This document shows positions 7,822 through 16,808 of a stretch of 64,000 bases of DNA, piece after piece. The notes beneath the pieces were generated by a model. The model had not been told where the DNA came from and ran no database searches. It was given only the letters and a program-made list of their open reading frames with translations. The translations under genes and the position numbers were made by a program. Origin of the DNA: Thermoplasmata archaeon (GTDB lineage: Archaea; Thermoplasmatota; Thermoplasmata; RBG-16-68-12). Each line of letters opens with the position of its first letter. Within the stretch, counting starts at the first letter, position 1. The stretch is from assembly GCA_036395115.1 (NCBI GenBank), contig DASWDU010000039.1, positions 2 through 64,001 on the forward strand, written 5' to 3'.

Positions 7822-9405
7822 ATGCTCGAGGCGTTCGACGTCGCGATCGTCGGAGGGGGCCACAACGGCCTCGTCGCGGCGGCGTACCTCGCGCGCGCCG
7901 GGCTCCGCGTGCTCGTGCTCGAACGCCGCGCGAGCCTCGGCGGCCCGGTCGCGACGGAACCAATCGCTCCGGGATTCCGTGGGCCGACGGGCGCCACGGT
8001 GTGCGGCCTGCTTCGCCCGGAAATCGTCGAGGACCTGAACCTCTTCGGACGAGGCGTCCAGTTCATCCCCGTCGATCCGGAGGTCGTCGCCCTCGGGGAC
8101 GGCAAGGCGTTGCGGCTCTGGCGGGACATGCGGAAGACACAATCCGAACTCTCGAGCGTTTCCGCCAAAGATTCGGAGGCGTATCCGCGGTTCGTCGAGT
8201 TCCTATCCCAGTTCGCGGCGGCGCTCGATCCACTCATGGCCATGGCGCCCCCGAACCTCGCCGCGCCGACCCTCGGAGAGCAGGCAGGTCTCGTCCGCCG
8301 AGCGCTCCGGCTCCGAAGGCTCGGGAAGGCGGTCATGCAGCAAATGCTGCGGCTGCCTCCAATGCCGGTCCGAGACGTGCTCGACGAGTGGTTCGAGTCG
8401 GAACTCCTGAAGGCGAGCCTCTCGGTCGACGCGTTGCTCGGGACCTTCGAGGGGCCTTGGTCCCCGGGGACCGCATTCGGGCTGATCCGGCACTTCCTTC
8501 CCGGGGTCCACGGGAGCGCCTGGTCGTTCGTCCGCGGAGGGATGGGCACCCTCGCCGCGGCCCTCGGGGACGCTGCGCGGGCTGCCGGCGCGACGATCCG
8601 GACGGAATCCGAGGTGCGCCGGATCCTGAGCGGGGGAAATCGCGTGACAGGAGTGGAGCTTGCAACGGGCGAGATCATCGAGGCAAAGGTCGTCGCCTCG
8701 AACGCGGATCCGAAGCGGACCTTCCTGCGCCTCGTCGCGTCAGAGGAGCTGGGCCCGGAGTTCCTCGTCCAGGTCCGCAACTTCCAGATGAACGGGGTCG
8801 TGGCGAAGGTGAACTTCGCCCTCGACGCTGCGCCGACCCTCGCCGCATGGCCGGACGGGACCCCCGCCCACTTCCGCGTGTGCCCGTCGATGGAATACAT
8901 CGAACGAGCCTACGACGATGCGAAGTACGGGAAAGTTTCCGGAAATCCGTTCCTCGACGTGTTCGTCCCGACGACCCTCGATCCGAACCTCGCTCCTCCG
9001 GGGAAACACGTCTTGTCGGCGACGGTCCAGTATGCGCCGTACGGGTTGCGGCGAGGGACCTGGGACAAGGAAGGGGAGAAGCTGGGCGATCGGGTTCAGG
9101 CTCTCCTCGACGAGGCCATCCCTGGCTTCAAGCGGCTCGTCATCGCCCGGCAAGTGCTCACGCCGGCGGACTTCGAGACGCGGTTCGCCCTGACGGAGGG
9201 CCACATCTACCACGGCGAGATGACGCTCAATCAATCGTTCGTCCTGCGGCCCGTCCCCGGCTGGTCGCGGTACCGAACGCCCATCGAGGGACTCTACCTC
9301 TGCGGTTCCGGCGCCCACCCAGGCGGCGGGATCACGGGAGCGCCCGGGCTGAATGCGTCCAGAGAAATCCTGAGAGACTGGCCGCATTTCGCGAGAGCGG
9401 CCTGA
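7822..9405 (+). CDS. FAD-dependent oxidoreductase, amine-oxidase/CrtI family, paralog 2
   Basis: 527 aa, collinear with the upstream gene (FDVAIVGGGHNGLVAAAYLARAGLRVLVLERR... LYLCGSGAHPGGGITGAPGLNASREIL). Tandem duplication. Confidence 0.8.
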   Translation: MLEAFDVAIVGGGHNGLVAAAYLARAGLRVLVLERRASLGGPVATEPIAPGFRGPTGATVCGLLRPEIVEDLNLFGRGVQFIPVDPEVVALGDGKALRLWRDMRKTQSELSSVSAKDSEAYPRFVEFLSQFAAALDPLMAMAPPNLAAPTLGEQAGLVRRALRLRRLGKAVMQQMLRLPPMPVRDVLDEWFESELLKASLSVDALLGTFEGPWSPGTAFGLIRHFLPGVHGSAWSFVRGGMGTLAAALGDAARAAGATIRTESEVRRILSGGNRVTGVELATGEIIEAKVVASNADPKRTFLRLVASEELGPEFLVQVRNFQMNGVVAKVNFALDAAPTLAAWPDGTPAHFRVCPSMEYIERAYDDAKYGKVSGNPFLDVFVPTTLDPNLAPPGKHVLSATVQYAPYGLRRGTWDKEGEKLGDRVQALLDEAIPGFKRLVIARQVLTPADFETRFALTEGHIYHGEMTLNQSFVLRPVPGWSRYRTPIEGLYLCGSGAHPGGGITGAPGLNASREILRDWPHFARAA

Positions 9406-9467
9406 TTCGGGACTCCCCCGAAGGCCGGGCAATCCTTGAAATCCGGCGGACGATTCACCGAACCGCC

Positions 9468-9926
9468 ATGGCCGATCTCCTCGAGCCCGGAACGGAAGCC
9501 CCGGATTTCGAGGGCGTCACCCAGGATGGCCGGGAGATCCGGCTCCGCGATTTCGAGGGTCGGCCCGTCGTCCTGTACTTCTACCCCGAAGACGACACGC
9601 CCGGGTGCACACGGGAGGCGTGCGCGTTCCGCGACGACCTCGGTGCGCTCAAGGACTTCCGCGCGGAGGTGCTCGGGGTGAGCGTCCAAGACGCCGCCTC
9701 GCACCGCGCGTTTCGGGAACGGTATGGGCTCAACTTCGACCTCGTGGCGGATCCGGACAAGCGGATTGCGCGGTCGTACAACGCCCTGGGCCTGTTCGGC
9801 GTCGCGAAGCGCGTCACGTACGTCATTGGACCGACTCGGAAAATCCTGGCGGCGTACCGCCGCATCGATCCCGGGTCGCACAGCCGGGAAGCCCTCCGAG
9901 TCCTGTCCGAGGCGGTGGGGAAATGA
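9468..9926 (+). CDS. bcp: Thiol peroxidase/peroxiredoxin of the Bcp type
   Basis: PDFEGVTQDGREIRLRDFEGRPVVLYFYPEDDTPGCTREACAFRD is the Prx Q/Bcp signature with the peroxidatic Cys in TPGCT. Confidence 0.85.
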   Translation: MADLLEPGTEAPDFEGVTQDGREIRLRDFEGRPVVLYFYPEDDTPGCTREACAFRDDLGALKDFRAEVLGVSVQDAASHRAFRERYGLNFDLVADPDKRIARSYNALGLFGVAKRVTYVIGPTRKILAAYRRIDPGSHSREALRVLSEAVGK

Positions 9927-10468
9927 CGGCGGGGAAGGCGCGACTCCCAGAGGTCCAAATTCCGAAAGACATTCGCCTGCGGTACGATCGATTCCTCGAT
10001 CACTTCAAAGGCTTCGAGGACGTACCGGCCGTCCGAGCGATCTTCGGCTCGAAGACGAAGACGGTGCTCCGGAGCCTGCGGGTAGAGTTCTTCTCCTCCA
10101 AGTGGGGGTACATGGGCGTGAGCGACGAGGACGGCCATCTGGTCGTCTCGACGCACTACCTCCGGACGGGCAAACGGCGGGACATCTACCTCGACGTGAT
10201 CCACGAGCTCGTCCACGTCCGACAGTTCCGGGAGGGCAAGGAGCTGTTCCCGGAGGGCTTCGAGTACCCCAGTGCGCCCACCGAGATCGAAGCCTACCGT
10301 ACGTGCGTGGCCGAAGGCCGACGGCTCGGCATGGACGATGCAGAGCTGTTCGAGTACCTGAAGGTCGAATGGATGGACGAGAAGGACGTACGAAAGCTCG
10401 CACGCAACGTTGGCGTCCGGCCGCCTCCACCCAAGCGCAACGCGACCCGAAAACGGGCTTCGGGCTGA
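9923..10468 (+). CDS. Putative zincin-like metallopeptidase (HExxHxxQ motif, DUF4157-like)
   Basis: 181 aa. The motif IHELVHVRQF, with a downstream Glu (EIEAYR), fits a zincin active site. The start overlaps the bcp stop (ATGA). Confidence 0.45.
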   Translation: MTAGKARLPEVQIPKDIRLRYDRFLDHFKGFEDVPAVRAIFGSKTKTVLRSLRVEFFSSKWGYMGVSDEDGHLVVSTHYLRTGKRRDIYLDVIHELVHVRQFREGKELFPEGFEYPSAPTEIEAYRTCVAEGRRLGMDDAELFEYLKVEWMDEKDVRKLARNVGVRPPPPKRNATRKRASG

Positions 10469-10485
10469 CCCATCCGACTGCGGCA

Positions 10486-11571
10486 TCACTCGAACGACGA
10501 GAGCCTCGGCTGTTTCGTCTTCGGACGCTCGAGCTTCGTCACCCGAACGCCGAGGAGCCGGACCCGATGCGAGTTCCCGGCGAATTCGGAGAGGAGTTCC
10601 CCGCATACCCGCGCCAACACGTCCTCGTCGAGGACGTTCGACGCCAAGGTCCGTTCCCGGAGATGGGTTTGGAAGCCTTCGAACCGGATCTTGATCCCGA
10701 TCGTCCGGAAGGTCGCGCCTTGAGCACGTGCCCGCAGGAAGACGTTGTGCGCCACGTCGCGCAACGTCTCTTCGACCCGGCTCCAGTCCGCGACGTCCCG
10801 CTCGAACGTCCGCTCGACGCTGATCGACTTCGGGTCCGGCCTCTCTTCGACGGGGAGTTGTTCGAGGCCGCGCGCGATGCCCCACAGCCAAACGGAGTTC
10901 TTCCCCAGAATCTTCTTGAGCTCCGTCCCTTTGGATCGAGCCAGCTCGCCGACCGTCCGGACTCCGACGCGTTCGAGCAGCTCGGCGGTCTTCGGGCCGA
11001 CCCCGCTGATCTTCGTGACCGGAAGCGGATCGAGGAAGGCGGTCACCTCCTCGGGACGCACGACCTTCAGACCGTCGGGCTTCGCCAAATCCGACGCAAT
11101 CTTGGCGACGGACTTGTTCGGCGCGGCGCCGATCGTGCAGGCCAGACCCTCCCGTTCGCGTACGGCCGCCTTGACGCGGAGTGCATACGCCGCCGCGTCG
11201 TCGAAGCCGCGTACCTTCGTGCTGACGTCAAGAAACGCTTCGTCGATGCTCACATGCTCGAGGACATCCGCGAAGGACCGCAGGACGTCGATGACGCTCT
11301 CCGAGACGGACCCGTAGAGATCGTAGTTCGGTCGGAGGTAGACCGCGTCCGGCGCCTTGCGCCACGCCAGGCCGATGGGCATGCCGCTCCGGATCCCGAT
11401 CTCGCGGGCCTCGTAGCTGCAAGCCATCACGACGCCGCGGCCCTTGCCGCCTTTCGGATCGGCACCGACGATAACCGGCTTCCCGACGAGCTCCGGATGA
11501 TCCCTCCGTTCCACGCTGACGTAGAAGGCATCCATGTCTACATGGAAGATAATCCGCGGAGACTTGAGCAT
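10486..11571 (-). CDS. dinB: DNA polymerase IV (Y-family, DinB/Dpo4)
   Basis: IIFHVDMDAFYVSVE, SIDEAFLD and the little-finger region are present. The start is taken as MLKSPRIIF inside ORF 10486-11589. Confidence 0.85.
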   Translation of the reverse strand: MLKSPRIIFHVDMDAFYVSVERRDHPELVGKPVIVGADPKGGKGRGVVMACSYEAREIGIRSGMPIGLAWRKAPDAVYLRPNYDLYGSVSESVIDVLRSFADVLEHVSIDEAFLDVSTKVRGFDDAAAYALRVKAAVREREGLACTIGAAPNKSVAKIASDLAKPDGLKVVRPEEVTAFLDPLPVTKISGVGPKTAELLERVGVRTVGELARSKGTELKKILGKNSVWLWGIARGLEQLPVEERPDPKSISVERTFERDVADWSRVEETLRDVAHNVFLRARAQGATFRTIGIKIRFEGFQTHLRERTLASNVLDEDVLARVCGELLSEFAGNSHRVRLLGVRVTKLERPKTKQPRLSSFE

Positions 11572-11622
11572 CTGAATTACGACATGCACATCGGGCTAAC
11601 AAGATTGCGGCGGGGCGGCGTC

Positions 11623-12138
11623 CTAGGGCGACTTCTCCAGGGGAACGAGCCTCCCGAGGCGCGTCTCGAACTCGGCCTCATCCCGTACCCAGTCTGTCGG
11701 GAGGCGCACGACTTTCTGGCGTCCCCTCGGCCGGCGCAGCTCGAACTCGACAACCCTCCTACCCCGGACCACCTTCAGGCGCACCCGGGCGATGTCTTGG
11801 AATGAAAGGACGGCGGGCAGACGCAGCAGGACGTCCATCAAGGACCGCGTGGGGAGGCGCACGCCGTTCGCCGCGACCTCGAGGTCGCCAATGCTTCGAC
11901 TCCAGTTCAGTAGGCCGGCACCCGTCATCGCCGTAAACACGGCGAGGATTGTGAGGCTCTGTGCATCCGCGAAGAACCTGCCCTGAAGGATCTCGATGGG
12001 CAGCACCCGGACAGCGTATAGAGCTTCATACACACTCCCGAACAGAAGGAAGGCCCCCGTCCATTGAAGGGTCCGTTTTGCCCGTCGGGCCTGAGGAGAA
12101 AGAGGCCCGGCCTTCGCTATCGCCATGTCCCTTCCCAT
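11623..12138 (-). CDS. Hypothetical membrane protein (2 TM helices plus a C-terminal domain)
   Basis: 171-aa ORF with high third-position GC. No recognisable motif. Confidence 0.4.
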   Translation of the reverse strand: MGRDMAIAKAGPLSPQARRAKRTLQWTGAFLLFGSVYEALYAVRVLPIEILQGRFFADAQSLTILAVFTAMTGAGLLNWSRSIGDLEVAANGVRLPTRSLMDVLLRLPAVLSFQDIARVRLKVVRGRRVVEFELRRPRGRQKVVRLPTDWVRDEAEFETRLGRLVPLEKSP

Positions 12139-12151
12139 GTCCGTGCGCGGG

Positions 12152-12973
12152 TCAGCCGAAATCGCCGAGGCTCCTTTGACCTGCGGGAGCCAAGGCGTTC
12201 GCGGGGAACTCGTACTCCATCAAGCCCGCGAGGCGCCGGAACTCGTTCACGCTCCCTGGGCCGAAACCCGCATAGTGGTTGTTGAAGAAGACCAGGGCGC
12301 CCTTCACCGAATCCGGGGAATCCTCGAGGTCCTTGTACCAAGAGCGCATCTCCGCGGACTTGTCTTTCTGGACCTCCTTAAACTCCGTGATCTCGCGGTC
12401 CCCGACCATCCGAAGGTACACCTGGTCCGACGTCACTTCCGTCGGCGTCCGCAGGTACTGGTTCTCGGACCACACGCTCGTGATGTTCCGATCCCGGAGC
12501 AGCTTGTACACGTCCTCGCGGAACCACGACTTGTGGCGGAACTCGATCGCGTGAGGGTACTTCTCGACCTCGAGGGCCTGGATGAACGCCTGCATCACCG
12601 TCCAGTGGGAATCGAACTTGATCGACGGCGGCAGCTGCGCGACGAGGGGGCCGCACTTCTCCCGGAGTTCCTTGGCGGACGCGTAGAACCAGCCCAGCGG
12701 CTCCGTCACGTCCTTGAGCTTCTTCTCGTGCGTGATCCGCTTCGGCATCTTCATCGCGAAGAGGAAGCCGGGAGGGGTGGACTTGTACCACCCTTTCGTC
12801 ATGGCAGGCCCGGGGTTGCGGTAGAACGACGAATCCACCTCGACGCAGTCGAACACGGTGCCGTAGAGCTTGAGGTAGTCCGACTTCGGCGTGCCGGGCG
12901 GGTAGAACCCGCCGAGCCAGTCGTCGTACCCCCAGCCGCTGCAGCCCACGCGGAGCTTGTCCTTGAGCGCCAT
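12152..12973 (-). CDS. DUF72 family protein (YecE-like)
   Basis: VGCSGWGYDDWLGGFYP...DSSFY is the DUF72 signature; 273 aa. Confidence 0.8.
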   Translation of the reverse strand: MALKDKLRVGCSGWGYDDWLGGFYPPGTPKSDYLKLYGTVFDCVEVDSSFYRNPGPAMTKGWYKSTPPGFLFAMKMPKRITHEKKLKDVTEPLGWFYASAKELREKCGPLVAQLPPSIKFDSHWTVMQAFIQALEVEKYPHAIEFRHKSWFREDVYKLLRDRNITSVWSENQYLRTPTEVTSDQVYLRMVGDREITEFKEVQKDKSAEMRSWYKDLEDSPDSVKGALVFFNNHYAGFGPGSVNEFRRLAGLMEYEFPANALAPAGQRSLGDFG

Positions 12974-13136
12974 GTGACCGTCCGGACCGAGGTACCCGAA
13001 TAAAGCGCGGTTGGCTAAAGGCCTTGGCTCGTGCTGCGCGAGCCGCCGAGGCCCGCATGCTATCGCAATTCGGAATCAACCTCGATTCCCTCGTCGCTCG
13101 GCTTATGGACCCCAAAGGTCGTGGTCCGTAGTCCCA

Positions 13137-14381
13137 ATGGACATCCTCCTCAGCCTCTTGATCCTGCTCGTCGGCGCGCGCTTGTCGGGCGAGTTGGCCG
13201 CGCGAGTCAAGGCCCCGGCGCTCGTCGGGGAAATCCTTGCGGGCATCATCCTGGGGCCGTCCGTCCTCGGTTTCGTTCGCCCAGACGCGGCGATCCAGGA
13301 ACTCGCGAATCTCGGGATCTTCTTCATCGTCTACCTCGCGGCGTTGGAGCTGACCCTCGCGGACATCCGACGATCCATCCGGGATAGCGGTATCTTCATC
13401 GCGATCGGTGCGTTCACGATCCCCGCGCTGGCGGGCACCGCACTCGGCGGCGCAATCGGGCTGCCCCCCAGCTCCGCGATGTTCCTGGGCATTGCGCTCG
13501 CTTTCACCGCCCTGCCCGTCCTGGCCCGGATCCTCTCCGATTTGGAGTTGTTGCACACGCCCCTCGGTCGCAGCCTGCTGTCGGCGGGGCTGCTCTGCGA
13601 CGTGGCGGGACTCGCTTCGATTGGCCTCCTCGTGAACCTGAACGGCCCGCTTGGCCTGGACGTGTGGGCCGCTGCGGTCCTCTTGCTGAAGTTCGGCGTG
13701 TTCTTTGCGGCGATGATGAGCGTGGACATGATCTTCCGCTACCGCCACGGAGCCCTCGGCGCGTGGATCCTGCGTTCGTCGAGACACCTCCTCACGAAGG
13801 AATCCGCGTTCGCCCTGCCTTTCCTGGTCGCTTTGGGATTCGCGTTCCTGGCGGACGCCCTGGGCCTGCACTTCATCGTCGGGGCCTTCTTCGGAACCCT
13901 CCTCGTCGCGGAGCACGTGATCGCCGATCGCGACGTCAAGGCGGTCCGGTCCGCCACCTCGGCAGTCACGATGGGGGTATTCGGACCCGTGTTCTTCGCC
14001 TTCATCGGCCTGACGTTTCAGGTCGGGAGCCTCGGTAACCTCGGCCTCGTCGGCGCGGTCCTTGGCGTCGCGGCCGCGAGCAAGTTCGTCGGAGGGTATG
14101 TCGGGGCCGCGTGGTCCCACATGTCGCGCCGCGATCGCGTCGCGGCGGGAATCGGCATGAACGGCCGTGGGGCGATGGAACTCGTCGTCGCGACGCTCGG
14201 CCTCGAGCTGGGACTCATCGATGGAACCCTGTTTTCGATCCTCGTCCTGACGGGCGTGGTCACAACGTTGATGACGCCGTTTGGGCTCCGGTTCATCCTG
14301 CGCCGCACGAAGTCCGCGGATTTGAGTCCTGCGCATCCCCCCGCGCCAGGGGACGCGGGCGGGCTCAACGGCGGTACGTGA
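13137..14381 (+). CDS. Cation:proton antiporter (CPA1/CPA2, NapA/Kef type)
   Basis: About 12 transmembrane helices. MDILLSLLILLVGARLSGELAARVKAPALVGEILAGIILGPSVLG is a typical CPA N-terminus. The ATG is in frame in ORF 13011-14381. Confidence 0.8.
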   Translation: MDILLSLLILLVGARLSGELAARVKAPALVGEILAGIILGPSVLGFVRPDAAIQELANLGIFFIVYLAALELTLADIRRSIRDSGIFIAIGAFTIPALAGTALGGAIGLPPSSAMFLGIALAFTALPVLARILSDLELLHTPLGRSLLSAGLLCDVAGLASIGLLVNLNGPLGLDVWAAAVLLLKFGVFFAAMMSVDMIFRYRHGALGAWILRSSRHLLTKESAFALPFLVALGFAFLADALGLHFIVGAFFGTLLVAEHVIADRDVKAVRSATSAVTMGVFGPVFFAFIGLTFQVGSLGNLGLVGAVLGVAAASKFVGGYVGAAWSHMSRRDRVAAGIGMNGRGAMELVVATLGLELGLIDGTLFSILVLTGVVTTLMTPFGLRFILRRTKSADLSPAHPPAPGDAGGLNGGT

Positions 14382-14505
14382 ATGAAGCGACTCGCGGTCA
14401 TCGGATGGCGCTGACAGTTGCCGGCCTCGCGCTCGCATTCGGATTTTGGCCTCTCACATCGGTCAGCGGCGCCGACCTCCTTGCGTCGAGGAACGCCAGC
14501 GCTCA

Positions 14506-14851
14506 ATGTGCCGGCTACTCGCCGGGGCGCGAATCACCATCCGCGAGCGCGTCCTCGACGTCCAAGTCTTCCCTTTCTTCGGGACCGCGTTCACGTCGCT
14601 CGAGCTGGAGGACGGGAGCGCGCAGCAGACCGCCCTCGTCTCCGTGCGGGGGAACGCGACCGGGGGTCAGGGCCGGGGACACCGTCTCCGCGGCCGCCGT
14701 GTTGCAGGTCGTCCAGAGCGTCTCCTTCTACTGCTGGGAGGTCGCGACCCCCGCCGACGTACACCAAGCGTGGCCCATCGATGCGGTCTTCTTCGGAACG
14801 ATGACCGTCGGCGTCGCGATCCTGGCGTACGCCGCCCTCCGGAAGCCGTAG
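14506..14851 (+). pseudogene. Small membrane/secreted-type protein that appears to need a +1 frameshift near 14670-14690 (G-runs)
   Basis: High third-position GC sits in frame 1 (ITIRERVLDVQVFPFFGTAFTSLELEDGSAQQTALVSVRGNATGG) and then switches to frame 2 (VSAAAVLQVVQSVSFYCWEVATPADVHQAWPIDAVFFGTMTVGVAILAYAALRKP). The switch is at gggggtcagggccgggg. Confidence 0.3.
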
Positions 14852-14894
14852 GCCACCGGAAGGCTGAAATCGACTCCGGGGCATCGGCACGCGG

Positions 14895-16133
14895 ATGTCG
14901 GAGCTCGGCGAGCGCGGCGCCCGTCGCATCGAATGGGCTCGCGACCACATGCCCGTGCTCGCGGCGATCCGGGACGAGCTGAAACGAGAGAAGACCCTTC
15001 GAGGCCTCCGCATCGGAATGGCGTTGCACGTCGAGGCGAAGACGGGCGTCCTCGCCCTGTCGCTCCGGGAATCCGGCGCGACCGTCCGGCTCGCGTCGTG
15101 CAATCCCCTGTCGACGGACGACAGCGTTGCGACGGCTCTGGAGGAGGTCCACGGCCTCGAGGTGTACGCCCGCAAGTGGCAGTCCACCGAGGAATACTAC
15201 GAGAACCTGCACAAGGTCCTCGACCTCAAGCCCGATCTCGTGATCGACGACGGGGCGGACCTCGTTTTCCTCCTTCACACCAAGAGGACGGAGCTGTTGC
15301 CCGGCGTCCGCGGAGGGAACGAGGAGACCACCACGGGCGTGATTCGCCTCCGCGCCATGGAGCGGGACGGCGCCCTGCGGTTCCCGATCATCGACGTCAA
15401 CGACGCGCAGATGAAGCATCTGTTCGACAACCGCTACGGGACCGGCCAGAGCACGATCGACGGCCTGATGACCGCGACGAATCTCGTAATCGCCGGCAAG
15501 ACGTTCGTCGTCGCGGGATACGGGTGGACGGGCCGTGGGATCGCGATGCGCGCCCACGGCCTCGGCGCCCACGTCGTCGTGACGGAAGTCGACCCGGTCA
15601 AGGCGCTCGAAGCCTCGATGGACGGATTCGAGGTCCTGCCGATGCGGGCCGCCGCGAAGGTGGCCGATTTCATCGTCACCGCGACCGGATGCAAGGACAT
15701 CGTCACGGCGGCGCATTTCCCCGGGCTGAAAGACGGCGTCGTCCTCGCGAATTCGGGCCACTTCGACAACGAAATTTCGAAGGCGGACCTCGAGCGGCTC
15801 TCGAAGGGGGAGCGACGCGTTCGCGAATTCGTCGACGAGTACAGACTTCCGGGCGGGAAGCGCGTCTACCTCCTGGCGGAAGGCAGGCTCGTGAACATCG
15901 CGGCCGGGCAGGGCCATCCCGTTGAGATCATGGACATGAGTTTCGCCATCCAGGCCGGCGCGGCCGGGTATCTCGCGCAGCACGCCTCGAGCCTGAAGCC
16001 GCGTGTCTACGCCGTCCCCGCCGACCTCGACCTCAAAGTCGCTCGCTTGAAGCTCCGCAGTTCAGGAATCCGAATCGATCGGCTCACGAAGGAGCAACGC
16101 GCCTACCTCGATTCGTGGCGCGAAGGGACCTGA
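14895..16133 (+). CDS. ahcY: Adenosylhomocysteinase (S-adenosyl-L-homocysteine hydrolase)
   Basis: 412 aa. The whole-length SAHH pattern is present (RIGMALHVEAKTGVLALSLRESGATVRLASCNPLSTDDSVATAL; the NAD-binding VVAGYGWTGRGIAMRAHGLGA). Confidence 0.9.
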   Translation: MSELGERGARRIEWARDHMPVLAAIRDELKREKTLRGLRIGMALHVEAKTGVLALSLRESGATVRLASCNPLSTDDSVATALEEVHGLEVYARKWQSTEEYYENLHKVLDLKPDLVIDDGADLVFLLHTKRTELLPGVRGGNEETTTGVIRLRAMERDGALRFPIIDVNDAQMKHLFDNRYGTGQSTIDGLMTATNLVIAGKTFVVAGYGWTGRGIAMRAHGLGAHVVVTEVDPVKALEASMDGFEVLPMRAAAKVADFIVTATGCKDIVTAAHFPGLKDGVVLANSGHFDNEISKADLERLSKGERRVREFVDEYRLPGGKRVYLLAEGRLVNIAAGQGHPVEIMDMSFAIQAGAAGYLAQHASSLKPRVYAVPADLDLKVARLKLRSSGIRIDRLTKEQRAYLDSWREGT

Positions 16134-16163
16134 TGAACCGTCGCGCGGCGGGAGGGACGCAAA

Positions 16164-16808
16164 CTGCGGGCGAAACGAGCGGTCCTCAGCGACTTCGACG
16201 GCACGATCACCCGCACCGACGTCGCCGAGGCGATCTTGGCCGAGTTCGCGCCACCCGCATGGTGGGAGATCGAGGAACTCCACCGCGCCCGCCAGATCGG
16301 AACGCGGGAGACGATGGCGCGGCAGTTCGCGCTGCTCCACACGAAACAGGACGACCTCCTGCGTTTCATCGACGCCCACGTCGAGATCGATGAGACGTTC
16401 CTCGACTTCGTCCGTTTCTGTGAAGCCGGCGGGATTCTCGTCGAAATCGTGAGTGAGGGCCTTGACTTCTATGTGCGCCATGTCCTGCGGAAGTGGGACA
16501 TCCGCCTGCCCGTCCGGACCAACCGGGCGGTCTTCGAGGGCGGGATTGTGCGGATCGAGTATCCGTGGGCCGATCCGACGTGCACCCTATGCGGTACGTG
16601 CAAGCTGCTGCGCCTCTTCGAACTTCGGGCCGAAGGGTACCGGACGGCCTACGTCGGAGACGGACATTCGGACCTGTGCCCCGCCCTCGAGGCCGATCTC
16701 GTTTTCGCCAAGGAGGAGTTGGCCCGCCTGTGCGACGAAGAAGAAATCCCGTACCACCGCTTCGAGCGCTTCGCGGACGTGCAACGGGGCTTGGCGGCGT
16801 TCGCATGA
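16164..16808 (+). CDS. HAD-IB family hydrolase (phosphoserine-phosphatase/MtnX-like phosphatase)
   Basis: DxDxT motif LSDFDGTIT and C-terminal YVGDGHSDLCPA. The nearest in-frame canonical start (TTG 16236) lies downstream of the catalytic Asp, so the start was placed at the in-frame CTG at 16164 (uncertain). Confidence 0.6.
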   Translation: MRAKRAVLSDFDGTITRTDVAEAILAEFAPPAWWEIEELHRARQIGTRETMARQFALLHTKQDDLLRFIDAHVEIDETFLDFVRFCEAGGILVEIVSEGLDFYVRHVLRKWDIRLPVRTNRAVFEGGIVRIEYPWADPTCTLCGTCKLLRLFELRAEGYRTAYVGDGHSDLCPALEADLVFAKEELARLCDEEEIPYHRFERFADVQRGLAAFA

